A stretch of DNA of 64,000 nucleotides from an uncultured delta proteobacterium (GCA_963785725.1 CAWAWS010000022.1:64001-128000), one strand, 5' to 3'; counted from the stretch's first letter, positions 47,494 to 57,747 are shown. Translations and numbers: made by a program. Notes: a model not told the origin generated them from the sequence alone.

Positions 47494-50193
47494 ATGAAAG
47501 ATGAGCACCGCGAGCGGCTGCGCGCCATCCCCGACCCCGTGGCGCTGCTCGAGGGGATGTTCGCCAACGCGCCGGTCGCCTATCAAATCTACACGCCCGA
47601 TGGCCACAGCCTGTTGGTCAACGATGCGTTCCGTCAGCTGTTCGGCGTCGAGCCGCCGCCCGAGTACAACGTGCTCGAGGACGAGGTGGCCGAGGCCGCC
47701 GGCCAGCTGTCGATTTTGCGCCGCGCGTTTCGCGGCGACACCGTCGAGACCATGCCCACCTGGTACGACCCGCGTGAGCTCAAGCAGGTCTCCGTCGCCG
47801 AGGGACGCCGTTGCGCGATGATCTGCAGCGCCTTCCCGCTCTTCGACGCGGCCGGCGCCATCGCCTACGTCGTGTTCGTGTTCAAGGACGTCACGGCCGA
47901 GCTGGAGGCGCGCGAGCGAGCGGAGGCGGAGCGCGATCTCTTGCGCGCCATCATCGACCAGAGCGGCGACGGGATCATCGTCGCCGATGCCCGCGGCGAG
48001 CTCACGATCTTCAACCGCGCCGCCGCCGATCAGCACGGCGCCAGCGGGCGCGGCCTGCGGGCAGAGCGCTGGGCCGAGCTGGTGAAGCTCATCAGGCTCG
48101 ACGGCCAGCCGCTGCCGTTCGACGAGCTGCCGCTGCAGCAGGCGCTGGTCGATCGCACGGTCCGCGAAGGGCGCTGGCGCGTCTGCCGTCCCGACGGCGT
48201 CGTGCGCACCATCAGCGGGACCGCGGCGCCGGTGACCGGGCCCGATGGCAAAGCGGGCGGCGCCATCCTGGTCACGCGCGACGAGACCGAGCGGCTGGCG
48301 CTCGAGGCGCGCATGGGCGCCATGGATGCGCAGCTGCGCGCCATCGTCGAGCATAGCCCCAACGCGCTGTATCTGAAGGACCTGCAAGGGCACCACCTGT
48401 GGATGAGCCCCGGCTACGAGCGACGAAGCGGGCGCCCGCTCGGCTCATTCGCCGGCAAGACCGCGCGCGAGGTGTTTCCGCCCGAGATGGCGGCGGTCAT
48501 GGAGGAGAACGATCGTCGCGTCATCGCCACGCGCGCGCCGGTCACGAGCGAAGAGGAGGTGCTCGAGCAGGACGGCCTGCACACCTATCTGACGGCGAAG
48601 TTTCCGGTGCTGGATGCCGCCGGGGTCGTGATCGAAGTCGGCGGCCTGTCGACCGACATCACGGAGATCAAGCAGGCCCAGCAGCGGTTGCGTCAGGCCG
48701 AGGAGCGCTTCACGCGCTACTTCCAGGTGAGCCCGTTTCCGGCGGCCATCCTCGCGGTCGACGGGCGGATCCTCGACGTCAACCCAGCGGGCGAGCGCTT
48801 CGCCGGGCTGCCCCGCGCTTCGCTGATCGGCTGTAACGGGGCGGAGCTGAAGCTGTGGCTCCGGACCGAGGATCGGCAACGCGTCGTCGAAGGGCTGGCG
48901 CGCGATGGCCGCGTCCGCGACCACGCCGCGATCATGGAGACCTCCGACGGCAAGCAGCACCATATCCTCTTGTCCGTCGAGAAGATGGATGTCGGGGACG
49001 AGGCCCGCCTCATGGCGATGATCCACGACATGACCGAGCACGTGCAGCTCGAGAACGACCTGCGTCAGTCGCAGAAAATGGAAGCGCTGGGGCGTCTGGC
49101 CGGCGGCGTCGCGCACGACTTCAACAACCTGCTCACCGCGCTGAGCGGCTACAACTCGCTGCTGCTTGCGGCGCTGCCGGCGGCCGATTCGCGGCGCGAC
49201 TTCGCCGAGCGGGTGGCGCAGGCGGCCCGGCGCGCCTCGGCGCTCACCCATCAGCTGCTGGCGTTCAGTCGCAAGCAGCCGATGGCGATCGAGGACCTGG
49301 ACGTCAACGAGGTGATTCGCAGCACGATGGACATGCTGCGGCGCTTGATCGGCGAAGACGTGGCCCTCGTCTCCGAGCTGCAGCCGCGGCTCGATTCGGT
49401 GCGCGCCGATCGCGCGCAGATCGAGCAGGTGATCGTGAACCTGGTGGTCAACGCGCGCGACGCCATGCCGCACGGCGGGCGCATCACGCTGGCGACGGCC
49501 AACGTGCACGTCGACCGCTGCGACTTCGTGCGCTTCTCGGTGCACGACACCGGCATCGGCATCGACCAGCAGGCGCAGGCACGGCTGTTCGAGCCGTTCT
49601 ACACCACCAAAGGCCCCGGCAAGGGAACGGGGCTGGGTCTGGCGATGGTGTACGGCATCGTCAAGCAGGCGGGCGGGCAAGTGCGCGTCGAGAGCGAGCC
49701 GGGCCGCGGCGCGCTGTTCGAGGTGCTGCTGCCGCGCTCGGCCGGCCTCACCGCCGCGACGACGCCGGCGCTGGCGCTGGCCGAGCCGCCACGCGGGCAG
49801 GGAACCATCCTGCTCGTCGAGGACGACGACTCGGTGCGCGACTTCGTCGGCTTCGTGCTGCGCCAGCAGGGCTACGACGTGCTCGAAGCCGAGCACGGGC
49901 CGCGCGCGCTCGAGGTCGCGCAGGCGCACGAGGCTCCGATCGATTTGCTGATCAGCGACGTGGTCATGCCCCACATGAGCGGCTTCGAGGTGGCGGACGC
50001 GCTGCGTCGGTCGCGCCCGGCGCTGCGCGTGCTGCACATGTCCGGCTATTCGAGCGACGCGGTGGCCGGCGCGGCCGCCTTTCTCGCCAAGCCGTTCTCG
50101 CGCGAGACGCTGCTCGAGCGGGTCGGTCAGCTCATCGTGAGCCGGTCGGGCCCGGCGGCGCCGGCCGACGCGCGCGGGCCGCGCCACGATTGA
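47494..50193 (+). CDS. Multi-PAS hybrid histidine kinase / response regulator
   Basis: Four PAS-like segments; QKMEALGRLAGGVAHDFNN, NLVVNARDAM, DTGIG, GTGLGL; C-terminal receiver. Confidence 0.95.
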   Translation: MKDEHRERLRAIPDPVALLEGMFANAPVAYQIYTPDGHSLLVNDAFRQLFGVEPPPEYNVLEDEVAEAAGQLSILRRAFRGDTVETMPTWYDPRELKQVSVAEGRRCAMICSAFPLFDAAGAIAYVVFVFKDVTAELEARERAEAERDLLRAIIDQSGDGIIVADARGELTIFNRAAADQHGASGRGLRAERWAELVKLIRLDGQPLPFDELPLQQALVDRTVREGRWRVCRPDGVVRTISGTAAPVTGPDGKAGGAILVTRDETERLALEARMGAMDAQLRAIVEHSPNALYLKDLQGHHLWMSPGYERRSGRPLGSFAGKTAREVFPPEMAAVMEENDRRVIATRAPVTSEEEVLEQDGLHTYLTAKFPVLDAAGVVIEVGGLSTDITEIKQAQQRLRQAEERFTRYFQVSPFPAAILAVDGRILDVNPAGERFAGLPRASLIGCNGAELKLWLRTEDRQRVVEGLARDGRVRDHAAIMETSDGKQHHILLSVEKMDVGDEARLMAMIHDMTEHVQLENDLRQSQKMEALGRLAGGVAHDFNNLLTALSGYNSLLLAALPAADSRRDFAERVAQAARRASALTHQLLAFSRKQPMAIEDLDVNEVIRSTMDMLRRLIGEDVALVSELQPRLDSVRADRAQIEQVIVNLVVNARDAMPHGGRITLATANVHVDRCDFVRFSVHDTGIGIDQQAQARLFEPFYTTKGPGKGTGLGLAMVYGIVKQAGGQVRVESEPGRGALFEVLLPRSAGLTAATTPALALAEPPRGQGTILLVEDDDSVRDFVGFVLRQQGYDVLEAEHGPRALEVAQAHEAPIDLLISDVVMPHMSGFEVADALRRSRPALRVLHMSGYSSDAVAGAAAFLAKPFSRETLLERVGQLIVSRSGPAAPADARGPRHD

Positions 50194-50278
50194 CCGCGCA
50201 TTTGCCGTCGCTCTCGAGCGCGTCGACGACCCGGCGCATCCTGAGCGGCTCTCGACGGACGCATGGTACGTTCGCGCC

Positions 50279-51118
50279 ATGATCGCCGGACGCGCCAGCC
50301 TGACCGCCGCCGCCGTGGCGCTGGCGCGCGGAGATCGCCCGCCGGCGCAGCTCCTGCCCGAGCCGCTCGGCTCCGGCGTGCGCCTCTTCGAGCGCGCCGG
50401 AGCGTTCAAAGCGGTCCTTTCGCCGATCGTGCGCCTCGGCTCCTTGGGGCTGGTCGATCACATCGAGCTGCGGACGGCCGCGATCGATGCGGCGGTCACG
50501 ACGGCGGCGCAAAGTGGCATCGAGCAGGTCGTGCTGCTCGGCGCGGGGCTCGATGCTCGCGCGTGGTCCATGCCGGCGCTCGCCGGCGCGACGGTGTTCG
50601 AGATCGATCACCCGACGACCCAGGCCGCCAAGCGCGCCTGGCTCGGAGGGTCGGCGCCGCGGGCGCGCGCGGCGCGCTTCGTGCCGGTCGATTTCGAGCG
50701 CGCGCTGTTCCCGCCCGCGCTCGAAGCGGCGGGCTTCGATCGCCACGCACGCACGGTGTGGATATGGGAGGGCGTCGTCATGTACCTGAGCCGAGCGGCG
50801 ATTCTGGCGACGCTGAGCGACGTCAGCCGGCTCTCGGCGGCCGGCAGCGTCCTCGCCGTGACGTACATCCAGCCGAACATGCGTCTGCCGCCGGCCGTGC
50901 GCGCAGTGGCGCGGTCGCTCTTCGCGCTCTTGGGCGAGCCGCTGGCGACGACGCTGCCCCCGGTCGAGCTGCACACGCTCTTGTCGGACCAAGGCTTCTC
51001 GCTGCGCGACGACACCGGTTCGTCGGAGTGGGCGCGCCAAGCCGGGACGAGCGCACGCCGCGCGCTGCTCTTTGCCGGCGAGCGGCTGGCGATCGCGACG
51101 CGGCGGCCGGACGAATAA
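50279..51118 (+). CDS. SAM-dependent methyltransferase (leucine-carboxyl-methyltransferase-like family)
   Basis: RTAAID, QVVLLGAGLDAR, FEIDHP, WEGVVMYL. Confidence 0.92.
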   Translation: MIAGRASLTAAAVALARGDRPPAQLLPEPLGSGVRLFERAGAFKAVLSPIVRLGSLGLVDHIELRTAAIDAAVTTAAQSGIEQVVLLGAGLDARAWSMPALAGATVFEIDHPTTQAAKRAWLGGSAPRARAARFVPVDFERALFPPALEAAGFDRHARTVWIWEGVVMYLSRAAILATLSDVSRLSAAGSVLAVTYIQPNMRLPPAVRAVARSLFALLGEPLATTLPPVELHTLLSDQGFSLRDDTGSSEWARQAGTSARRALLFAGERLAIATRRPDE

Positions 51119-51201
51119 TCGGCCGCGACGTCGCGGCGAGCCGCGCGTTGCTCAGCCATCCCGCGGCGCGCTCGCCGATCGATCGACCGACCGCGGCGCG
51201 C

Positions 51202-51792
51202 TCAGTGGTTCGGCTGCTCGCCGCACAAGCTGCCGCGCAACGCCTGCGCCCGCTCGTGCACGAAGAGCAGCTTCTTGAAGACCGTCTGGCGCGACCAGCG
51301 CGTGGCGTCGGCGATGTCGTCCATGCTCCGCTCTTCGCAATAGCGCATGACGACGATCTGCCCCACTCGACGATCGAAGCGCGTCAGAAAGCGGCGCGCC
51401 AGGTCGCGATCTTCCACCGGGTCGGGCGCGGCGGCCGTCGCGCCGCGTCGCCGCGCGACCGAGTCGTCGCCCGCAGGCACACGCGCGCGCAGCTGATCGA
51501 AGCAGCAGCGCTCGGCCACGCGGTAGAGCCAGCCGAGCGGCGCCTGGGCCTCGGTGAACGAATGGCCGTAGAGCCACAGCTTCAAGAACACGGTCTGCGT
51601 GGCGTCCTCGGCCTGCTGCTCGTCGCGCAGGATGCGCCGGCAGCGCCGCAGCACCTGGGGACGATACTGGCGATAGACCTCGGTCAGCACGGCTTCCGGC
51701 AGGGCCGGCCGCCGCGCCGGCACGTGGCGTGGCGGCGGCTGCTGCGGCAAAATGTCACGTTCGAATCGACGATGAGCGGCGAGGTTCGGCAT
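51202..51792 (-). CDS. ECF sigma-70 factor, close paralog of 11548-12078 (start uncertain)
   Basis: LRRCRRILR, AEDATQTVFLKLW, GWLYRVAERCCF, WSRQTV. Confidence 0.88.
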   Translation of the reverse strand: MPNLAAHRRFERDILPQQPPPRHVPARRPALPEAVLTEVYRQYRPQVLRRCRRILRDEQQAEDATQTVFLKLWLYGHSFTEAQAPLGWLYRVAERCCFDQLRARVPAGDDSVARRRGATAAAPDPVEDRDLARRFLTRFDRRVGQIVVMRYCEERSMDDIADATRWSRQTVFKKLLFVHERAQALRGSLCGEQPNH

Positions 51793-51922
51793 TGACTTGC
51801 TAGTCCGATCGCGACCGCAAACCTTACGTGAGCCGCCGCACTTCCCGGCCTAACGACGGCGATTCGCGACGGAAAACGACGTCGTGTAATTTTTCCCGCT
51901 CCTCCGACATGGCGATCAAGAC

Positions 51923-52579
51923 ATGTCCAATCGAGCGCTGGCTACCCTTCATTCCGTCGTGTTCGCATCGTCATTCGACTCGGCGCTTCTCTATCGGGAG
52001 CACGCGCCGCGAGTAGCCCGCTGGCTGGCGCAGCTCGGCTGCCCCGAGAGCGAGATCGAGGACGCGACCCAGGAGGTCTTCTTGTTGGCGCATCGCGAGC
52101 GCGACAACTTTCGCGGCGAGGCGCAGGTGACGACGTGGCTCTATCGCATCAGCCGCAACGTCGCGCGGCACCAGCGGCGCAAGCTGCACCTGCGCGCCAC
52201 GCTCGGCGGCTCGGCCGACGAGGTCGCCGGCCACCTGCAGGCGCCGGGACCGACCGCCGCCGACGCGGTCGATCAACGACGGTCGACGTTGCGTCTGCGG
52301 CGCGCGCTAGCACGGCTGCCGGAGCGAGATCGCGCTATCATCCTCATGTTCGAGATCGAAGGGCTGTCGGGCCAGGAGATCGCGCAGCGCACCGCCGCGA
52401 AGCAGGCCACGGTGTGGGTGCGGCTGCATCGCGCCCGCGCGCAGCTGATGGCGGAGCTGGCGCGGCTGCCGCCCGCATTGCCCGCGACCCGTCCGAAGAC
52501 GCGTGCTAGTCTGCGCCAGCATGACGGCGAAGGGTACCGCGAGCGACGCAGGAGCGCTGTCCGCGTCGCCGCCCGATGA
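51923..52579 (+). CDS. ECF sigma-70 factor
   Basis: IEDATQEVF, FRGEAQVTTWLYRI, EGLSGQEIA, TVWVRLHRAR. Confidence 0.92.
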   Translation: MSNRALATLHSVVFASSFDSALLYREHAPRVARWLAQLGCPESEIEDATQEVFLLAHRERDNFRGEAQVTTWLYRISRNVARHQRRKLHLRATLGGSADEVAGHLQAPGPTAADAVDQRRSTLRLRRALARLPERDRAIILMFEIEGLSGQEIAQRTAAKQATVWVRLHRARAQLMAELARLPPALPATRPKTRASLRQHDGEGYRERRRSAVRVAAR

Positions 52580-53138
52580 GTCCGCGGCCTGGCAAAAGCT
52601 GCTCGCGTTCATCGCGAACGAAGGCGACGGCGCCGAGGATGCCTACCAGACGGCGCGGGCGCGGCTGGTGAAGTTCTTCGCCTGGCGCGGCTGCCGCAAC
52701 GTCGAGGATTTGGCCGACGAGACGCTCACGCGCGCGGCCAACAAGCTCGCCCACGCCGACGTGCAGGCGGAGCGCCCGATGGCGTTCATCATCGGGATGG
52801 CGCGCATCATCGAGCTCGAGTGGCGGCGGCGCGAAGGTCGCTGGGTCTCCTTCAGTGAGAGCAGCGCCGAGAGCGAGCCGGCGGCGACGCCGAGCCCGAA
52901 CAAGGAGCAGCTGCTGGCGGCGCTCGAGCGCTGCCTCGAGAAGATGGACGCCGCCGATCGGCAGCTGCTCTTGCGCTATCACGAGCCGCGCGGCGAGCGC
53001 CGGGCGCTGGTGCGGCAGGTGATCGCCGAGGAGCTGAGCATGGCCGTCAACGCGCTGCGCGTGCGCATGCACCGGATGCGGCTGCGGGTCGAGGCCTGCG
53101 TCGAGCGCCACCGCGCCCTCGGAGGTCTGGCCGGATGA
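52521..53138 (+). CDS. ECF-type sigma factor associated with the CHAT module
   Basis: RLVKFFAWRGC, EDLADETL, LERCLEKM, NALRVRMHRMR. Confidence 0.85.
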   Translation: MTAKGTASDAGALSASPPDESAAWQKLLAFIANEGDGAEDAYQTARARLVKFFAWRGCRNVEDLADETLTRAANKLAHADVQAERPMAFIIGMARIIELEWRRREGRWVSFSESSAESEPAATPSPNKEQLLAALERCLEKMDAADRQLLLRYHEPRGERRALVRQVIAEELSMAVNALRVRMHRMRLRVEACVERHRALGGLAG

Positions 53139-54070
53139 GCCGCACGAGCCCGATGCCGGCCGACGCCGAGCTCGAACGGGTGTGGCGCTTCTTGCTCGAC
53201 GAGCTGAGCGAGGCCGAGCGCGTCGCCTTCGAGGACGAGCTGCTGGTCGACGGCGAAGGCTTCGCGCTCGTCGAGAGCGCCGAGGACGAGCTGATCGACG
53301 CCTACGTGCGCTGCGAGCTGTCGGCCGAGCGCCGGCTCCGCTTCGAGCAGCGCTGGTCGACCACGGCGTCGCGTCGCGCGCGCGTGGAGCTGGCGCACGC
53401 GCTGGCGACGCTCGGCGCCGCAGCCACAGTCGCGACGACGCCCGCCGCGACGACGACGGCCGCCACGACGAGCGCCGCCACGACGACAACCGCCGCGACG
53501 ACGACGCCCGCCGCGACGACGACGCCCGCCGCGACAACGGCCGCGGCGACGGCGACGGCGACGGCGACGACCGCCGCGACGACGCCCGCCGTCGGCGGAG
53601 CGGCGCGGCCGCTGCGCGCGGGAGCGGCGGCGCGGCCGCGGCGACGGCAGCTCATCGCGCAAGCGACGGCGGCGGCCCTCGTGCTCGGCGCCTTGGGCAC
53701 GCTCGCTCCGCGGCTGCTGCATCGCCCGCAAGGCGCCGTCGTCGAGCAAACCCTCTCGGCCGACTCGCTCCGCGGCGATACGGCGGCACCGACGGTGCGA
53801 CTGCCCGCGCAGACGTCGCGGCTGCGTTTGCGCCTCGTGCTCGCCGAGTCGCTGCTCGGCAGCGGCGCCGGCTTCGACGTGCTCGCGCGCCGCGAAGACG
53901 AGCCGCCGCGCGTGCTCGCCGCCACCCGCGCCGCGCCCGATGCGCTGTCGGTCGAGCTGCAAGGCGCCGAGCTCATGGCCGGCAGCTACGAGCTGACCGC
54001 GCGCGCCCATCGCCCGGGCGGCGCCGTCGACAATCTCGCCATTTATGCGTTTCGCCTCGATGCTCACTGA
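53135..54070 (+). CDS. Putative anti-sigma factor (N-terminal helical domain, Ala/Thr linker, TM, extracytoplasmic domain)
   Basis: ATGA overlap with the ECF; FLLDELSEAERVAFEDEL...EDELIDAYVRCELS; TM AAALVLGALGTLA. Confidence 0.7.
   Translation: MSRTSPMPADAELERVWRFLLDELSEAERVAFEDELLVDGEGFALVESAEDELIDAYVRCELSAERRLRFEQRWSTTASRRARVELAHALATLGAAATVATTPAATTTAATTSAATTTTAATTTPAATTTPAATTAAATATATATTAATTPAVGGAARPLRAGAAARPRRRQLIAQATAAALVLGALGTLAPRLLHRPQGAVVEQTLSADSLRGDTAAPTVRLPAQTSRLRLRLVLAESLLGSGAGFDVLARREDEPPRVLAATRAAPDALSVELQGAELMAGSYELTARAHRPGGAVDNLAIYAFRLDAH
53431..53590 (+). repeat. Low-complexity coding repeat ((P/A)AATTT units)
   Basis: Imperfect 18-bp gccgcgacgacgacgccc-type repeats. Confidence 0.8.
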
Positions 54071-57014
54071 ACGACGACCGACCGCGTTGCCATCGTCTCG
54101 TCTAACGCGCCTGGCGCTCGTGATCGTCGGCGTGACCGCGACCGCCAGCGCGCGCGGCGACGGGCGTGGCCCGAGCAACGATCCCGACATCATCGCCATC
54201 CAGAAGCTGGAAAAGGCCGGCAAGTACGCCGAAGGCGTGCCGCTCGCCGAGCAGCTGTTGGCGCGACGCGAGAAGCAGCGCGGCAGCAAGTCCGCCGAGG
54301 TCGCCGAGGCGGAGGAGCTGCTCGGCGAGCTGCGCTTCGGGCTGACGCAGTATGCCGAGGCGCGGACGCTCTACGAGCGCGCGCTCGCGATTCGCGAGGT
54401 CGTCTTCGGCAAGGACAGCCTCGAGGTCGCCACCCCGCTGAACGCCATCGCGGTGTTGAGCCGCCGGCTGGGCGAATACGAGCGGGCGCGGCCGCTCTTC
54501 GAGCGGGCGCTGCGCATCCAGCGGCTGAAGATGGCGCCCACCGATCCGGAGCTGGCGACGACGCTGAACAACCTGGGCCTCCTCTATCGAACCCTCGGCG
54601 AATACGAACGCGCGCGCCCACTGTACGAACAGGCGCTGGCCATCTGGGAAAAAGGGCGCGGGCCCAAAGATCCGCTCGTCGCCATCGGGCTGCACAACCT
54701 GGCCGCGATCTATCGCGCGCTCAACGAGCCGGCGCTGGCGCTGCCTTATGTCGAACGCTCGCTGGCGATTCGACAGGAGGTGCTCGGCGCCGAGCATCCG
54801 CATGTGGCGGCGTCGCTCAACCTCGAGGGCGGCGTCTACGAAGATCTCGGTGAATATGACAAGGCCGAAGCGCTCTACGTGCGGACGCTCGCGCTGCGCG
54901 AACGGACGCTGGGCGCGCACAACGACGATGTCGCGGTCTCCATCAACAACCTGGGGCGCTTTTACCTCCGGCGGCGCAAGCTCGACCTGGCCGCGCCGCT
55001 GCTCGCGCGCTCGCTGTCGCTGCGACAGGAGATGTTGGGCGCCAACCATCCCGGCACCGCGACCGCGCTCGCCAGCTGGGGCGAGTATCTGCTCGACCAG
55101 CGACGCTACGACGAGGGCCGCCGCTATCTGCGCCGGGCGCAGCAGATCGACGAGACTGCGTTCGGCCCGGTCCATCCGGAGCTGGTCGGCTTCAACAGCT
55201 ACATCGCCGGCTCCTATGCGGCGCAGCGACGGCCCGAAGCGGTGGCGCTGTACGAGCAGGGTCTCGGCATCAGCGAGAGCGTGCTGCGCCGCGATCTCTT
55301 GGGCGCCGACGAGACGGGCCTGGCCGCGTTCTTCGACGCCGAGGAGCACCGCAACGATCAGCGCTATTCGCTGGTGCTGCAGTTTCCCAAGAGCGAGCGC
55401 GCGCGGCAGGTGGCGCTGGCGACGGCGCTCTTGCGCAAAGGGCGCCTGGCCATCGAGGCCAAGCTGCTGACCCAGACGATTCGCGCCAGCCTGAAGGCGC
55501 CGGAGGACCAGGAGCAGCTGGTGCGTCTGCTCGACCTGCGCCGACGCATCGCCGGGCTCGAGCTGAAGGCGGTCATGCCCGAGCATCAGGGTCGCGTCGA
55601 GGCGGAGAGCGCGCTGCACGCCGCGGCGGCCGAGGCGCAGCAGCTCGCGCTGCAGGCGGCGGCGATCGAGGAGCAGCTGGCGCACAGCTCGGCGCCGTTG
55701 CGCATGCAGCGCCAGCTGCCCGAGCCGGCGGCGGTGGTCGCGGCGGTCGCCCACCAGCTGCCGCCGCAGACCGCGCTGGTGGAGCTGGTCCTCTTTCGGC
55801 CGATACGGTTCGAAGCCGGGCCCGACGTCCCGTCATCGATGCACGAGAATTATCACTACCTCGCGCTGGTGCTCGCCCCGAACGGCGACGTCAAGAGCAG
55901 CGACCTCGGCGACGCGTCGACGATCGACCGCGCCGTCGCGGCCCTGCGCGAAGCGCTGAGTAAGCCGGGCAGCGCGCCCAACGCGACGCGGGCGCTGGCC
56001 AAGCTGCTGATGGGTCGGATGGGTCCGCTCCTCGGCGGATGCGCCGAGCTCTACATTTCGCCGGACGGGGAGCTCAACCTCGTCCCGTTTGCGGCGCTCG
56101 ACGACGGCAAAGGCGCGCTGCTCGATCGCTATCGGCTGACCTACCTGACGTCCGGTCTCGACCTCTTGCCCGATCCGAGGCCGCCGACGAGCCGCGTCGT
56201 GGTCCTGGCCGATCCCGATTTTCACGCCGACGGGGCGCGGCTCGCGGTCAGCACGCGCGGGTCCGAGCCGGAGACGGACAGCGTGGCAGCCGACGATGCG
56301 CCGCTCAGCGACAACGCGCGCGGATCGCCCTGGCACCGCCTGCTCGGCACGCGGCGCGAGGCGGAAGACATTCGGCAGCTGCTGCCGCAGGCCCGGCTGC
56401 TGCTCGGCGCGGATGCGACCAAGGCCGCGCTGCTGCATCTGGCCGCGCCCGGCATCCTCCACATCGCGACGCACGGGCTGTTCCTCGAAGATCCGGACGC
56501 GACGGCGCCCGCGAAGATTGGGCCCGCGGGCACGACCCCGACGTCGCGCGTGCCGCGCAATCCGCTGTTGCGCTCGGCGATGGTCCTGGCCGGCGCCAAC
56601 GGCAGCCACGGTGACGCCACGCAAGGGCCGGACGGCGCGGACAATGGCCTCGTGACGGCGCTGGAGATCGCCGAGATGGATCTCGCGGGGACACAGCTCG
56701 TCGTCCTATCGGCGTGCGACACGGGGCGCGGGCAGGTGAAGCGCGGCCAGGGCGTGTATGGCTTGCGACGCGCCTTCCGCATCGCCGGCGCCGAGACGCT
56801 GGTGATGAGCCTGTGGAAGATCGACGACGAGACCACGCGCGACCTCATGGGCCGCTACTACCGCAAGCTGATCGCCGGCGAAGGACGCACCGAGGCGATG
56901 CGGCAGACGATGAAGGAGATTCGCGGCGAGCACGCCGATCCCAACTACTGGGCGCCGTTTTTCGTGCTCGGGCGTGCGGAGCCGCTGCGCGGGATTCATC
57001 CCACGGCGCAATAG
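54060..57014 (+). CDS. TPR-CHAT caspase-like protease, possibly exported (start uncertain: 54045, 54060 or 54087)
   Basis: About eight kinesin-light-chain-type TPRs; SPDGELNLVPF, HIATHG (His), VLSACDTG (Cys), SLWKIDD, YWAPF. Confidence 0.93.
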   Translation: MLTERRPTALPSSRLTRLALVIVGVTATASARGDGRGPSNDPDIIAIQKLEKAGKYAEGVPLAEQLLARREKQRGSKSAEVAEAEELLGELRFGLTQYAEARTLYERALAIREVVFGKDSLEVATPLNAIAVLSRRLGEYERARPLFERALRIQRLKMAPTDPELATTLNNLGLLYRTLGEYERARPLYEQALAIWEKGRGPKDPLVAIGLHNLAAIYRALNEPALALPYVERSLAIRQEVLGAEHPHVAASLNLEGGVYEDLGEYDKAEALYVRTLALRERTLGAHNDDVAVSINNLGRFYLRRRKLDLAAPLLARSLSLRQEMLGANHPGTATALASWGEYLLDQRRYDEGRRYLRRAQQIDETAFGPVHPELVGFNSYIAGSYAAQRRPEAVALYEQGLGISESVLRRDLLGADETGLAAFFDAEEHRNDQRYSLVLQFPKSERARQVALATALLRKGRLAIEAKLLTQTIRASLKAPEDQEQLVRLLDLRRRIAGLELKAVMPEHQGRVEAESALHAAAAEAQQLALQAAAIEEQLAHSSAPLRMQRQLPEPAAVVAAVAHQLPPQTALVELVLFRPIRFEAGPDVPSSMHENYHYLALVLAPNGDVKSSDLGDASTIDRAVAALREALSKPGSAPNATRALAKLLMGRMGPLLGGCAELYISPDGELNLVPFAALDDGKGALLDRYRLTYLTSGLDLLPDPRPPTSRVVVLADPDFHADGARLAVSTRGSEPETDSVAADDAPLSDNARGSPWHRLLGTRREAEDIRQLLPQARLLLGADATKAALLHLAAPGILHIATHGLFLEDPDATAPAKIGPAGTTPTSRVPRNPLLRSAMVLAGANGSHGDATQGPDGADNGLVTALEIAEMDLAGTQLVVLSACDTGRGQVKRGQGVYGLRRAFRIAGAETLVMSLWKIDDETTRDLMGRYYRKLIAGEGRTEAMRQTMKEIRGEHADPNYWAPFFVLGRAEPLRGIHPTAQ

Positions 57015-57164
57015 GCGGAGCTCGCCCTCTCGCACCTTGGCCAGTCGCTCGAGCGCACGGCAAGCCGGAATACGGTCAGGCCCTTGTCTCAGCGCAGGAC
57101 CGTATCGCGCTCGGCCATCACGCCTCGGCCTCGTTCTTGCGACGACTCAGGCAGGAGGTGCGAC

Positions 57165-57716
57165 ATGAGATTCTGGAAGTTGCTGGCTGCAGCCGTGTTC
57201 ACGATCGCAGCGGGATGCGGAGCGACCGTGCGCTCGGCTGCGAGCCCCAACGTCAATCTGAGCCAGTTCAAGACATTCTCGTTCCAGCCCGAGCAGCCGC
57301 AACAAGCGCAGTCGCTGGCCAGCCAGGACATTCAGTCTTCGTTGCGACAGCAGCTGGCCATGAAGGGAATGACCGAGGCGACGAACGGACAGCCCGACTT
57401 CCTCGTCGCGTATCACACGAAGCTGCAACAAAAGACCGAGGCGGTCGGTCCGGGGTACGGATACGGATATGGGTATGGGTATGGATATAACTTCGGCTTA
57501 GCCGGCTGGGGCGCCAACGTCACGACGTTCACGGAAGGAACGTTGATCGTCGACTTCATCGATCCGCAAACGAGGAAAGTGTTTTGGCGCGGGACGGCGT
57601 CGCAAGTGGTGAACCATCCCGAGTCGCCCAATCCGGTCAAGATCGACAAGGCCATCAGTAAGATGGTCAATCGCTACCCGTCTCTGGTCGCGAGCACGCC
57701 GCGTCAGGGAATGTAG
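57165..57716 (+). CDS. DUF4136 family lipoprotein (second copy), with a (GY)6 tract
   Basis: AGGAGG RBS; AAGC lipobox; FKTFSF, PDFLVAYH, FTEGTLIVDFID, VFWRG. Confidence 0.88.
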   Translation: MRFWKLLAAAVFTIAAGCGATVRSAASPNVNLSQFKTFSFQPEQPQQAQSLASQDIQSSLRQQLAMKGMTEATNGQPDFLVAYHTKLQQKTEAVGPGYGYGYGYGYGYNFGLAGWGANVTTFTEGTLIVDFIDPQTRKVFWRGTASQVVNHPESPNPVKIDKAISKMVNRYPSLVASTPRQGM

Positions 57717-57723
57717 CGACCCG

Positions 57724-57747
57724 GCCCACGCGGGCTTTGCGCGCTCG
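57724..57747 (+). repeat. Short sub-motif of the hairpin repeat family
   Basis: GCCCACGCGGGC-TTT-GCGCGCTCG resembles 26547-26570; lies between convergent genes. Confidence 0.5.
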
